Shown here: positions 24,816-37,410 of the stretch, one piece after another
Numbering within the stretch: position 1 is the stretch's first letter
Layout of the letters: every line of letters begins with the position of its first letter
Assembly: GCA_028534125.1 (NCBI GenBank)
Contig: CM052817.1
Span: forward strand, 72,170,001 to 72,234,000
Reading direction: 5' to 3'
DNA length: 64,000 nucleotides
From: Lama glama
Taxonomy: Eukaryota
Notes under the pieces: generated by a model
The model's input: only the letters and a program-made list of their open reading frames with translations
What the model was told of the DNA's origin: nothing
The model's database searches: none
Made by a program: the position numbers and the translations under genes

Positions 24816-27149
24816 TTGAACCTTTGAACATTTAAAAAATTGAATTCATTTTGAATCTAGTCCACTTAATCATGCCAAATGACAGAATTCTAATTTGTAG
24901 ACTGCCTGTGCCTTTTTAAATAGTCATCTGGTTTGACAACAATAAAAATATTTGATACATTTTGCCAAGAATGTCTCTTCTCATGATTCCTGTCCAGACA
25001 CGCCATCACTCACTGCTCTCTACTCCAACTGATTGTTCCTTAGGCTTTAGGCTGCTCCCATTAAAGGTCAGGAATGCAAATGCCTCTAGCAGCCCACATT
25101 GGTGTATCTTGCCCTAGCTGCTGAAGTAGGTGTCATCACTGGCACAGCACTCTGGTGGGTGGGCTGAGCACATGGAAATGGAGCAGCCGGTGTGACTGTG
25201 ACTCTGTGCCCTGCCTGCTGGGGCAAGACAGTGTTGTGCCATCAGACTCTGCTCTGCCAGAGAGTCCCCATCAAAGAGACCTGAGTAAAGGAGCCCATTC
25301 CTGGGTGGAGACTCCTGGCTCAGGGTCTACGTACTGGAGGGACTGCCACTCTGCAGCTTCTTGGGCAAAACTGTGACCTATCTGTGCAACAATGATGCAC
25401 TTTGGCACTCTCATTGAGGTGCTTTAGACCAAACTCTTTCTATCTGAGGCTTATTACATGGACTTTTCAAAGTTTTCAAGAAGGAATTTTCTCACAGTAT
25501 CTGTCTGTTTAAGGACTTTGAGACCCAAAGACTATACAGTGGAGTTTATTAAAAGAATATTTTATACATTAAGTTTTCTCCTAAGGGCAGATGCAATACT
25601 TTGAACACAATGTGAATAATGAACGTGGAAGAAAATTGCACATTTCAGTCTTGCAAAAATATTTCCAGGATTCCCGAATGACAAGATGATAATGGTTGGT
25701 ATGCAGAAAACGAGGTACCATATCTGATAGGCTTTAAAGCATTCTGGGCTTACCTTTGTGACGTGTGATTGAAAAATGGAGCAGCTTTCCTTTTGATTTC
25801 TTTTCCATCTGTTTTTTACATTTAACTATCCAAGAGCTATATCATTAATCCCTCAAAATGGTCTCTTTTTTATTTTACCCAAGTTTGTTTTCTGAAGGTA
25901 GACGCCCATCCTGGGCTCCGTAGGACTCTGCCTCACACATCAAACATTCCATCAGCTGACATTAGCAGGGTAAAATCTTTCTATTTTTGATATCTCTGAG
26001 TTCAAATGAGATAAACATTTACTTAGCACAAAGGTTTTAGCAATAATATGATGGTTAAGGCTTCGTGGTTCATGAATTAGAATTTGTATTTGTTCAGTTT
26101 AGTGAAACCTATATTTTACTAACAAAAAATAAAGTTTCATTTACCGTACAATGAAGTGAATCAGCACACATTAATCATGATTACTTTGTAAAAGGCTATG
26201 ACATTGATATTAAACAAATAAACAATAGATCCTCTGTTCCAAGAAACATTTCATCTAAGAAAAAAATGATTTTGTAATTCAAACCAGAAATTGCCCTAAA
26301 TGTTTAGCCTGCGTTGGCTCATTTTGCATGCCACTTTATCTGGGCACTTTCTGTTGACATTTTTCGTGTTCGTAACTTCATAGGCTGTGGTCATTTGTTA
26401 CCCGGCTATCACCCATCTGCACACATGCATTTGTCATTCTTCTGCTGAATTTGGCTCTAGTTGGGCAATGGGAAGTCAGAGCTGGTGGAATAATGCTGTT
26501 ATTTGAAAGATATCATTAGAGGACAACATTGTACTTCAAAGACCAGGAACATATGGTTTTGACTTTTATAAAGATGGCAGGTGGACATGAAGAAAAGGTT
26601 GATTTCAAATTTATTTCCATGATACGAGGAACTTCTTGAAAGTCTGAGGAAGATTAATTTCCAATTTGGAATTCCTAATAACTGAAACATGATCAAGGTT
26701 TTACAACTTCCTGAGGGAAATTTTCTGGATGACCAAGCCATCCTCATGTAAACCAATGGAACAATTTAATATAAGTCTCAGAATGATCAAATATCAACAA
26801 ATGTTGGGTAAGAGAAGCTTTGGAAGGTCAACGTATGTAGAATGTAATCTATTACAAAAGTTTTAACTAGAGGATATATAACATTAGAGAACTAAAAAAT
26901 ACATAATTAACTCTTAAATATGATCTGAATAAAATCAAGTCGAGTTTCAAAAATTAGTCCTTATTTTAAAAGGCCACTTTGTTATGTATCTAATTGAATT
27001 TTTAGTGCTGTTCAGCATATAAGGGCTTTCTTGTACCCTAGAATGTTAGAACTTCTTTAGTGATGATAATAGTTGGGCTTTTCTAAAAGTAATTTTTTTC
27101 TTCTGTACTTATGATCCTTCCAATCAAATAAAGGGAAGATATTGGACAA

Positions 27150-27490
27150 ACACAAATATAATTCTACTTTTAGCAGTTATCCTATAGATATTTGCACATC
27201 CTCCAGCAACATTCGTGATGGCAAAAATATAAAAAATCATCTAGATGTCCATTTGCAGGGGACAAATTAGATCAGCTATGTTATAAGTGAACACTGCAAT
27301 TGTATACCCCATTCCATGAAATAACACAGATTTATATATGATGCCAACAAATAATCTCCTGGACATAGTGATACTATAAAAAGCAAAGCTCAGAACAGTA
27401 TGCATTTATATAAAAAGGCTGTATGAAATACATATTCTGTATGTATACACACACACACACATATATATAATTTTACAAATAAAGCCTCTG
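27150..27490 (+). mobile_element. Ancient L1ME 3' fragment
   Basis: aattctacttttag, cagcaacattcgtgatggcaaaaa, ctagatgtccat, aaaagcaaagctcagaacagtatg. Confidence 0.55.
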
Positions 27491-28379
27491 GCTCAAACTT
27501 TAAAAATAGAATGCCATCTTTTTCTCATTAATGTTCTGCATACAGAAAGAAAAAGAGACCACACAGTCCCCAGGGGAACCACTCTACTACCTCAGCCCAT
27601 AAGTGCCTTGAAGTCAAAAATGTCTTTTTACAACCTTGTATTGAAGGGAGTAAGTAATCAGGAGTCTTTTTATAAACTTTTCTCTATTTGGGGTAAGGGC
27701 TTCCCTCTCTGAGCCCTGCTTTTCTTTTTCAGGACTCAGGATTGCTGTGAGATGGGGGAGCCGTTGGGGTGGGGTCCTTTTCACACAAAGAAGTTTTGGA
27801 TGAAGGTAAACTGTACCAGAGCAGGCTTGTGGGCACTTCAGCAGGGGAGGAAGAACTGAGATCTTTATTATTTCCATCTTTGTGACAGACAAGAGTCACA
27901 TGCTTCATAGATCTTTTAGTGTGATTCTCCAGTGTAGTTAATTCTCTAGTACAGTGAGTTTTAGAGAATATTTTCAAACACTTTTGGGAGGATTGGATGG
28001 AGATTGATGTTGAGAGGCAGAGGATAATAGGCATCTTCTCTAAAGTGAGAAGGGAGGTCACTTTTGGAGGGGGACAAGGGGAAGATGTATTTCTTATCAG
28101 TAGGCATTATCAATATAGTAAGAATTTCAGACAGAATATTAGCTCAGTTCTTGGGCCTGAGACCCAGACTAGGTGTATCCTAATAATCCTCCTTCCCATT
28201 CTCCACCCACAGGCAGCAGTGGCTCAGGTTGGTGACCCTTTCCTTCCCTGACTACACCGGCAAGGAGAGAATGGGAGTCTATCTGGGATGCAGGAGCAGC
28301 AGAGATAAAGGTCAGGAAAAACTTACTGTCTCTTTCTCCAGGGCCCAGTGTCTCCCACCCCCACAGTCACGAGCGGCAC

Positions 28380-29480
28380 CAGTAAGGACTGAGAAGCATC
28401 AGGTAGGATCAGGTAGACAAAGCTCTGAAAACTAGCTCTGAAAATTAGATTGTCACTGAAACCACAGCCCACAAAAGCAGGCCAGAACTTATCAGGGGCC
28501 AGAGTCTCCTAACATAATATCCAAAATATCCAGAATGTAATTGAAATCACCTATACCAATGTGGAGGAAGAAAAACAGATTTCCCTCTATCCTTCTAGGT
28601 TTTTGGTTGAGACCCCTGTAATGAAAGAAAGAATAACAAGAGAAAAACACACAGAAGTTTAGTAGCATGTCTACCTCGTGTAAACATGGGAGATACTTAG
28701 GAAAATTGAGCAAAAATCCTAGAAAAGATCCAAGTTACCGCCTTAAAAACCACCTGCAGCTAAAGGAAAAAGAAAGATGTTGGGGGATGATCAGTGATGG
28801 GAGGTGACCAGGAAAAGTATAGTAAGGCTGTTATGTAGATTTAAGTCTGGCGTCTTCTCCTTTGATGAGTATAGTTTGTGATTTAGATCATCATTCTCTT
28901 CCTGGTGTAGAGAAGGTTACACATAGATGGAGAATTCCATTATAAGTGTAAATTTCCTTACAAAATGGTGAATTTTGCTCTTTTTAGAGCTTCTCCTGTG
29001 TCTACTTTTTCTCAAAGGTAATCAGCTCAAAATAATCCTTATGCCCCAGAGGCATGTTTTGGGGTGGCGTGTTCTGCTGCCCTTTACCAAGGCTCAGGAA
29101 AACCACAACTTGAATGCGAAAAGACAATCAACAGACACCAACAATGAGATGGACCAGATGCGGGGACTTATCTGAGGAAGATTTTAGGCCATCCTTATCA
29201 AAATGCTTCAATAAGCATTTTTTAAACCAATGAAAAATTTAACATGTCACCACAAATATAGAAAATACATATATTTTTAAAAAACTCCCACAAATACAGT
29301 GAATTTTCCCAAACATTTAAGAAAGAAATATTCAATTTTATACACATTTCCCAGAGAACTAAAAAAAAAAAAAAGAGGGAACAAATCCTAGCTCTTTTTT
29401 TCAAGGCCAAGATAATTTTGATACCAAGTTTGCTATCAAAAGAGAAAATTATGAACCAATCTCTCTCATGAACATATAAT
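28380..29480 (+). mobile_element. Old L1M pieces (5'/ORF1 region and an ORF2 fragment), split by the LTR at 28560-29086
   Basis: ccagagtctcctaacataatatccaaaatatccag...gaaatcac; aggaaaaccacaacttgaatg..aaaagacaatcaacagacaccaac; ORF2-like aggccaagataattttgatacca...ccaatctctctcatgaacata. Confidence 0.7.
28560..29086 (-). mobile_element. ERV1 solo LTR (MER34-like)
   Basis: TG...TA ends (CA decayed); perfect 4-bp TSD ccaa (28556-28559 / 29087-29090); aatcagctcaaaataatccttatgcc..gaggcat..tttggggtggc is the reverse complement of the MER34-type 5' end. Confidence 0.85.
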
Positions 29481-30483
29481 ATATGTATGTATATATAAGG
29501 GAGATTTCCAATTTCAGTTCTGACATGGTATACAACTTAGAAGTCATTCCCATTCTTACAATAAGAAAAAGTTGAACAAATTGAAAATCAATTATTTTTT
29601 TCTTGGGTCCAACAGTAAACTGAGGGCTAACCAGCACCCCAAAGGTGGTGAGAGAGCAAAACAGAGGGACAGAGCAACCAAGAAGTTTACCTGGAAGAGA
29701 ACCTACTGAAGCCAAATGGATGGGAACACTAAAATGGCACTTGTGATGAATTGTTGGAGGCTGAATGTGGACCAGCAGAAGACTGAGAAATCCCTGGGGC
29801 CATAGTCCTTGGGAGTGACCCACACTATTGTGAATCTTCTCTCCAAAAGCTGCAAAAGAGATTTCCAGGTTCTCATGGTGAAGAGCCATGAAAAAATTTT
29901 CTCATGTCCCTGGCAGGGGAAAGGGAAGAATAACCATTGGGAAACACACTCAGAGCTTCTCCATTACAAATGCCTACTGTCCAGGGGAGAGAACTTCACC
30001 AGAGTGCAAGTCTGAAACCGATTCCTGCTGGGAAAATGGAATTCCTCCCCATTCAGTCCCCTCCAGCTTTCCTCTCTCACCTCACGGTAGTGGTTAGGAG
30101 CACAGTCAAGAGGGGAAAGGGCTCCAAGGAAACAGACTGGAAACACTGCAATTAAGAAAGGAGTAGGTAGAGGGGGTAAAGTTATACTTCTGTAGGAGAG
30201 TCAGAAACACTTGTGAAGTCTACCGCCCTGAGACATGGGGCCTATTAAAAACTAATGGAAGATTGACTGCTCCCCTTTCCCCAAGTCTACCATGACATCA
30301 ACAACATTGAACATATTTAACAGCAATTACAACTAAAAGATCTGCCAGACACAGACTGTCTCAGAGAGAAGTTCATAAAAAGCCCTAAGTCAAGAAGGGA
30401 GACAAAATAAGGACACTCCAGGATTTGAAGCTTCTGACAGCTGTAACACTACACACTAACCACAACCTAACTCCTAGTCTGAT

Positions 30484-31175
30484 TGATACAGGAAGAACGG
30501 GGTGAGGGGATGGTCGTGTCCTAAGTCTCGGTCGAGTGCCTGGGACATGCCCTGCCAAGTGAGGGTCCTTGGCTTTGCACAGGGAAGAATTCAAGAGTGA
30601 GCCACAGTAGAGTGAAAGTAGACTTATTCAGAAAGATGCACACTCCGTAGTCACAGTGTGGGCTGTCTCAGAAGGCCAGAGAAGCCATGAGACACTGGGG
30701 CAGCTGGGGGTGGGGCAGGGATTGTTTAGAGTAAAAGTAGATATACACTCCATAGACAGAGCGCAGGGTCTCCCAGAAGGCAAGAGAGAGAGAGCGACAG
30801 GCCTCAGAGATACACATTCCATAGACAGAATGTGGGCCTTCTCAAAAGGCAAGAGAAAGGCCATGGCTGTGGTGGTGGTAGTTTTTATGAGCTCGGTTAT
30901 TTCATATGCTAACAAGGAGGAGGATTATTCCAACTATGTTGGGGAAGGGGTGGGGATTCCCAGGAACTGGGTCACCACCCACTTTTTGACCCTTTATGGT
31001 TAGCTTTAGAACTGTCATGGTGCCTGTGGGAGTGCCATTTACCATATCAATATATTACAATAAGCGCATAATGTGAAGCTCAAGATCTAATGGGAGTTGA
31101 ATTTTCTGCCATCTTGATGCTAATTGCTGTGTCCTTTTTTAATGGTGGTGCCCTGCTCCCTTCCCTCCTGTCTCA
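30484..31175 (-). mobile_element. ERV1 solo LTR (MER41-like/laurasiatherian), 692 bp
   Basis: TG...CA ends; 4-bp TSD tgat/agat (3 of 4 match); ttggctttgcacagggaagaattcaagagtgagcc..gtgaaag motif; internal triple repeat; host L1 contiguous across it. Confidence 0.8.
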
Positions 31176-32122
31176 AGATTAACATATCCTCCCACTAAAG
31201 ATCTATTTACTTAGTTCCCATTACCCAATACAGTTCTAGCTTTCAAAAACAAACAAAAACAAACAAAACAACAAAACAAAAAAAAAACAGACAAAGAAAC
31301 AAAGCAAAAAACTATGAGGCATGCCAAAATGATGGTGGAAAAAAAAACACATTCTGAAGAGACAAAATAACATCAAAATTAGATATACAGATTTTAGAAT
31401 TATAACAGAGATTTAGAGTAACTATAATTAATATATTAAGGATTCTTACTAGAAAAAGTAGACAACATGAATGAATACCTTTGATGGGCTCATCAGTAGG
31501 CTGGATACAGCCAAGGAAAGAATAAATCAGCTTGAACGTTGGCAAATAGGAAGTCCTCAAATTGAAATGCAAAGAGTAAAGAGAATTAACATAAAGAGAA
31601 CAGAACATCCAAGAACTTTGGGACAATTTCAACATGTATAACTCATGAGTAATGGGGATGCCAGAAGAAGAAGAGAGAATGGAGCAGAATATTGAAGTAA
31701 TCATGGCTGAGAACTTTCCAAAATTAATGATTAAAACCCAATAACTTAAAATCCTACAAACAGTGAAATTAGCTATCCAAATGTCTTGTCAGACATTGGC
31801 TTTATGTAAGAAAAGAAGAGCATCAGCGATAAAAGGAATAAATAAAGTAAAATAAAATATATCTTTTAGCCTTAATTGATCTAAAATTGAACTATTTGTC
31901 TACAGTAATATAATACCAACATGATGGGTGATTATAGCATATGGCTAAGTGAAATGAATTACACCAGTGTGATAAGGGATGGAGAGAGGACTTGGGGATA
32001 CTATTATAAGGTACCTGCATCACACATGAGGTGGTAAATTGCTATTTGAAGGTGGACGTAGATTATTTTAAAAAATATATCATAACACTAAGGCAATCCC
32101 TAAAATTTTTTTAAAGATATAT

Positions 32123-32665
32123 TGTCAGGGACTGGGGAGAAATTTTCTTCTACCCTTCTAGGTTCTTCTGGAAGATCTAAGAATTAAACTGACAGATGAA
32201 TGGAGGTGAATGGGAGAAAAATCAAAGTTTAGTAACATGAATATATGGGAGAGACCCAGGAAAACTGACTAACTTACTGAAATGGTGAAGGCCTCACTTT
32301 AAATACCATCTTCAGCTAAACACAAAAGAGGGATTGGGGGCAGGGATTCAGGACTTCAAAGGGGAGAATAACAATTCACACAGCGATGAAAAAGCAAATG
32401 TTTGCTGGGTCATGCAGAGATAACGGGAGGTGGAGAGAAATTTTAACAGACTCTGTGAGGTCCTGCCTGTCTCCCACACCCAGTTCACACTGTAGTTAGC
32501 CGTGGTGATGGTGCAGGCCCTTCCTGAAACAGGTCCCCTACCTACATCCTCTTAGGCACTTAGAGGGAGGGTCAAAGATTCTTCATGAGCTTCTAGGCCT
32601 TGATTGTTAGAAACAAAACATACGCCAAAGAGATAGTTTGGGGTGGAAAATTTTGCTCCCCTACA
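32123..32665 (-). mobile_element. ERV1 solo LTR (MER34/MER39-related)
   Basis: TG...CA ends; TSD atat/gtat (3 of 4 match); blocks shared with 28560-29086; tttggggtggaaaattttgctcccctaca end. Confidence 0.8.
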
Positions 32666-32849
32666 GTATAAAATCATATGCTAAAAGAGGCAATAAAAAG
32701 GCATATAAATTTCTTAATTATATAGATTTCTCAATTAAAACTAGAGAAGTCAGAAAATGATAAAAAAGAAGAAACAAAAGGCAAATGCAACAAATAGAAT
32801 ATAGTTACAAGATGAGTTAATCCAATCATATCAGTAACTACTTGAAATG

Positions 32850-33200
32850 GAATTTTACACAGCGATGAGAAAGAACCAGGTACTGCTGCCTGCAACCACA
32901 TGATCTGCACAAAGATAACGTTGAAAGTATGAAGCAGACACAAAATTATATGTTTTATGTAATGCTGTTTATAAAAGCTCAAAAACACGTTAAAGTAATA
33001 TATCACCTAAATGTCAGAGTTGTGGTTACATTTTAGCGCCATCGGCTGGGGAGGGACATGGGAGATTCTTGTGATGTTGCTAATATACTATTTCTTGACC
33101 AAGCTGGCTGTTAATAAATGTCTTCTTTGTGAATATTCAGTAATGTACACAAAAAATGTGTGCATTTTTCTGTATGTAAGTTATGTTTCAATAAAAAATA
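32850..33200 (+). mobile_element. L1ME-like 3' end
   Basis: aagcagacacaaaa, ttataaaagctcaaaaac, gtcagagttgtggttac, gtatgtaagttatgtttcaataaaaa. Confidence 0.6.
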
Positions 33201-33419
33201 GCTAATGTATTCAAAGGCATTAACTGTATATTAGACAAGTTGGAAATTCTTGCTAACATTTGGCTTCAATTTATAAATTTATCCTTATTTACATGTTTGC
33301 AAACTATCCCCTAAACATACCTAAACAATTACTGTTTTGCTTATACCGTTGCTATTAATTTTGAATATTCTACCCTTTACCAAAATCTTTTAGTTTTTTG
33401 ATACCTGACTCAAATCTCC

Positions 33420-35690
33420 AAAATCAATTATTCTTATTTAAATTGCCAAGTCTATCACCACTGTTCAGGTGCTTATCTTTCCAAAACCAAATAGTAAGCT
33501 TTTGTCTGATTGCTTGCTTTTCCAATTCATTCTAATTGGACACAGGACCCAGATTAATTTTTTAAATTATTTCTCCTAATTTCCTAATAAAAACAGCTCT
33601 GTGTTTTTCCACTGTAGCCTGCCTTAAGTTCAAACATTTTAGCCTTGAATTCAAGGCTTTCTGTGATCTGACATCATCATGTCTTTCCAGTCTTTAAGTG
33701 AACACATAATGCAGGTGATCTATATTACTCAGTCTTCAAATAATAAATTGTCTCTATTTCTGTGACAGTGTAAATACCATCCCTCCCCTGCATGAGATGT
33801 TCAGAAATTCCATGTCCATTGGTAAAATTAAAATCATTTCCATAAATATTTTGAGGACCTACAATGTTTGGACAAAACAAAAGTATGAATAAAATACAAA
33901 CCTTTCCTTCAAGAAGCTTAACATTTAATGTGGGAAGCCCATAGGCGACTGTGCATTTGCAATCCTTAGTTTTTGAAGTTTACGCAAAACGAGTGATGTT
34001 CATCAGTGTCATCGGCAGTGGGCTTTTGCTCTGTGCTCTGGCTCCATTGGCTCCTGCTCACAGATATCCTTTGATGAGCCTCATATGGTTTGATATTGGT
34101 CACTTTAGTCTATGATAACAGTTCTTATATAGGAGAATTATTGCTTTACAATTTAGATGTTAAATAATAGTTTTCTTTTAATCCAACTGAAGGACATCAG
34201 TTCAGAAGTGTCACAAAGCATTTTCCCTTGAAATCACAGCTGAAAAAATATACTTATTTATATTGCAATATGTATGCAAACCACTTGTGTTAAAGACTAG
34301 TGGTCAAATTAATGTACAAAGTTCAGTGTTTCACATGTCCCTGATAGGCTGAGGAATGTTCATCACAATTGAGAATGGATTAGAATTAAGAATGATGAAT
34401 GTATATTTTATACAAAATTTCAATAGCTTCACAGAATCCTTTAAAAAAAAATTCTGGACTTTAACAATAGTGCAAGTCACTCTCTCCAAGAGTCACTTTA
34501 AGTGAGATAGTCATTAGACCTTCCTTGGAAGAGCAGTACTATAGTAGAAGGGCAAATAAATTTGTAAGGAAACACAGAGATGAAAGCAATTAATTATGAC
34601 TAGATGGAACAGGTAAAACTTCATAGAGAAGAGGGCATTTGACCAGAGCCTTAAAGGATGAATAGAATTCCAGTAGGAAGAAGAGAAGCAGAGAGGATGC
34701 TATAAGAAAACGTGAAGTGGCCTGAAAGTGATAGCGATCAGAAAGAGACAGATGTATGTGGGAGTGTTCAATCTAGCAGATGACCCCAAAACAGTGAAGA
34801 GAGGAAATTACGAACATGAACCCCATAAAAATTTCTACATTTAAGGGGTAAGGAGGGGAGAGGCAGGAAGGGAACAAAGAAGAATTATTATCAGAGAAGT
34901 TGAGGCAAATTAGGTCATTTAGTGTCACATAAATTGAAGGAAGAAAGTCATTGGGGGAAATAACCAATAGATTCAAATGCTACAGAATGTAACAGTAGAC
35001 TGAACAAAGAGAATCTCAGTTTGATTAGGAAGTTAGTATTGTTTCTCCAGAAGGGAAAGGGAAAAGTCTCCAGTTCTTGTCTTGCCTGAAAGAGAAGAAT
35101 TCAGACGGGAGGCGTAAGCAATGTGTAGCAAAAGATTTGAAAGATTTTATTTAGCAAAGGGGAAAGCACATCTCCAAGAGCAGGAGGTGGGCTGGTCCAA
35201 GGCAGGAGAGCAGTGGTCCTTGTTTGCCCATCTCTTACACCCTTGCTTAGAGCTGGTCTCTTGATTGATTCAGGGCTTTTGCTACTGGAGTGCTTAGTCA
35301 TGCTTGTCGCCTTCTGAGCATGTCCTTACTTGCACACAGAAAAATCCACGGAGGGAGGGGGCTTAAGCCACATTGCTACTTATATTGCAATGTCTGTTTA
35401 TGTTCTTGTCACTACCATGCAGTTGCAACCATTGGGTTCTAGCTGGTTTCTTGTTGGCACTCATTTAGAAAAAGTAAAACACCTTTATGCTGAAGGCATA
35501 CATACCACCATCTTCCAGAACATCCTCCATCCTCTCTACCTATCTGCTCAGTGCCCCCACTCACCTAACTACTGAACAGTATCATGAAGTGCATGTTTGC
35601 TGGAAGTTTAGATTGTTGGAGGTCTAGGCCAGAATGCAGTAGAATGGCGAGTGCAGGGGAGAAGGTACAAACATGAAGATTCAGCTCAAA
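33420..35690. mobile_element. Degenerate L2 fragments (plus strand 33420-33800; minus strand 33830-33950 and 34510-35690, the last split by an LTR)
   Basis: ttagccttgaattcaaggctttctgtgatctg; cataaatattttgaggacctac; ggcatttgaccagagccttaaaggatgaatagaatt; tcaaatgctacaga. Confidence 0.55.
35040..35578 (-). mobile_element. ERV1-type solo LTR, 539 bp
   Basis: TG...CA ends; perfect 4-bp TSD gtat (35036-35039 / 35579-35582); minus-strand AATAAA at 35146-35151; cagttcttgtc..aagaattcagac U5-like motif. Confidence 0.8.
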
Positions 35691-37319
35691 AAATGATCTC
35701 CATACTTGATCACAAGCTGAGAATGGTTTTTCCCAATGAACTCCCTTAAGACTTAGTTTGTGTCATATACTGATTTTTTAATAAAAAAAATGGCTTGTGG
35801 GTATTTATATACACATTTAATCTCCCAATTGTGATTGGTATACATTTTTATATACTTTATAACATAAAAATAGTACTTTTGTAGTGTGTTCAGTGATTCA
35901 CTATTTAAACAATGCAGAGTTAAGTAGGATTCTATTTCATGAACTTACACTGGCCACTCTAATCCTTTCTTCCTTTACTGAGTTACAATGTCAATTATCT
36001 ATATTCATCAGCCTTTTAAAATACTTCCATGTTTTAGTTTGAAGAGTCTTGAAGAAACGTGCATATCTCCATTTTTTTATTGTCCATGAGGTCTGGTAGA
36101 TCCTCAAGGCGCTGACTGTTCTGCTCAGAACAAGGCCTTCTTCCCAGCACCCGCAGGTTACCTCTCCAAAACCAGTGACACCAACAAAATCAACCAAGTT
36201 AAGCCAAATTCAACCAAATCAAATTATATGATGGGCAAGTGAAGCTGAACTAAATTCAAATAAGTCTCTTAACCCTGTGTTCCTCTGTTTACATTTGTGA
36301 ACTGTTCATAAATATTTTTCCTATTTCCATATCTCTGAATGTATGAACTCTTGAATATCACTTTGAAATTTTTCTTTGGGAATGATTTTTCGTATTTTTA
36401 GAAACAATCTGGGGTGTTCATTCAAGAGTAATTTATACAAACCTACTTAGGAAGGTTACCTTGGGACCTGGTGTATATCTTGATAGAGCCTTCTGGAGAT
36501 TCTAAACATCTATATCAAAGAGCCTTAGCAATGTAACAATAGAGAAAAGTTCTGAAGGAGCTGTTTCCTTAGCAAAACTTCTGAGACATCTTAAAAATAC
36601 TAGACAAATAACCTCAATCTCTGATGGGGTTGCTTAAAAAAATGTAGAAATAAAAAAAAGGTGGAATCGATGGATTGGGTACAAGTTGAAACTGAACATT
36701 TAAGGCATCTCAACTAGCACCAAATCAATTATATCACTTTTTCTACGCTTCACCTAAAAACCATCTGGGGCTGTCATGCAGCCTCAGCCTAAGCACTGTC
36801 AAGAAGGAATTGTCCAGATTGTCAAGAACACATGCTTTACATGACTTGTACAACACTTACAGGAGGAAGGCAACTTACACAACAATGGGTAAAATTATAT
36901 GGTGTTCAGGAAGTCCGTAAGTATGAATAGCTTCAGGATAATGTAAATGTTTATAAAGCACAGTCAGCAGTTAGAGATTTCACACTTTCTTCCACCAAAC
37001 ACCCAATTTTTCTTTTTTTTTTTTTGAGAAAAAAATTATTGTATTTTCAATTCAGGATATTTTCAGGCACTAGAATATGTTTTGATCTTTTCAGATTTCA
37101 ATAATTTTACTTAGATCTCTGGATGCTTCTCTTTTACCCTTCACAAATCTTTAGAAGTGCAAAATCATTGGAAAGTTCTTTTCTTTCTCTGTTACATAAG
37201 GGCTATGGAGGAGTAGGGAAAGGATTCTCAATGCCTTTCGTTTATAAAAATGGCATTTTGGGTATTAGTAATTAAAGTATTGCAGATCATTTTAAGTCAT
37301 GTATTCAAGCAGTCTCAAA

Positions 37320-37410
37320 GTTTCATTCATTTGATCACTATAAAGGGGTGAATTAAGCATTAGGAATATAGTTCCTGCCCTGACAGAGCTTACCAGATAA
37401 GCTGACACAA
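37320..37410 (-). mobile_element. L2 tail fragment
   Basis: ttcattcatt...tagttcctgccctgacagagcttac. Confidence 0.5.

Larger units (their letters stand above)
29500..32850 (+). mobile_element. L1MC-like 5' UTR, ORF1 and inter-ORF region, interrupted by two LTRs
   Basis: 5' end motif cttagaagtcattcccattcttacaataagaaaaagttgaacaaattgaaaatcaa; ORF1 remnant tttgatgggctcatcagtaggctggatacagccaaggaaagaat...atggctgagaactttccaaaattaatg. Confidence 0.75.

Noticed and set aside
25754..25808. Minus-strand mini-exon reading MEKKSKGKLLHFSITRHK to an AAG|GTAAGC donor
   Set aside because: The acceptor lacks a pyrimidine tract and the peptide is unrecognised; chance is likely
30634..30860. CRISPR-like repeat-spacer array
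   Set aside because: Mammalian LTR context; repeats are imperfect and irregularly spaced, and there are no cas genes
29449..31704. Longest non-gap ORFs (146, 115 and 130 aa)
   Set aside because: They lie within L1 5'/ORF1 antisense or LTR sequence and show no recognisable protein features
28560..32665. Full provirus bounded by two LTRs
   Set aside because: Separate TSDs, divergent LTR middles and L1 sequence in between
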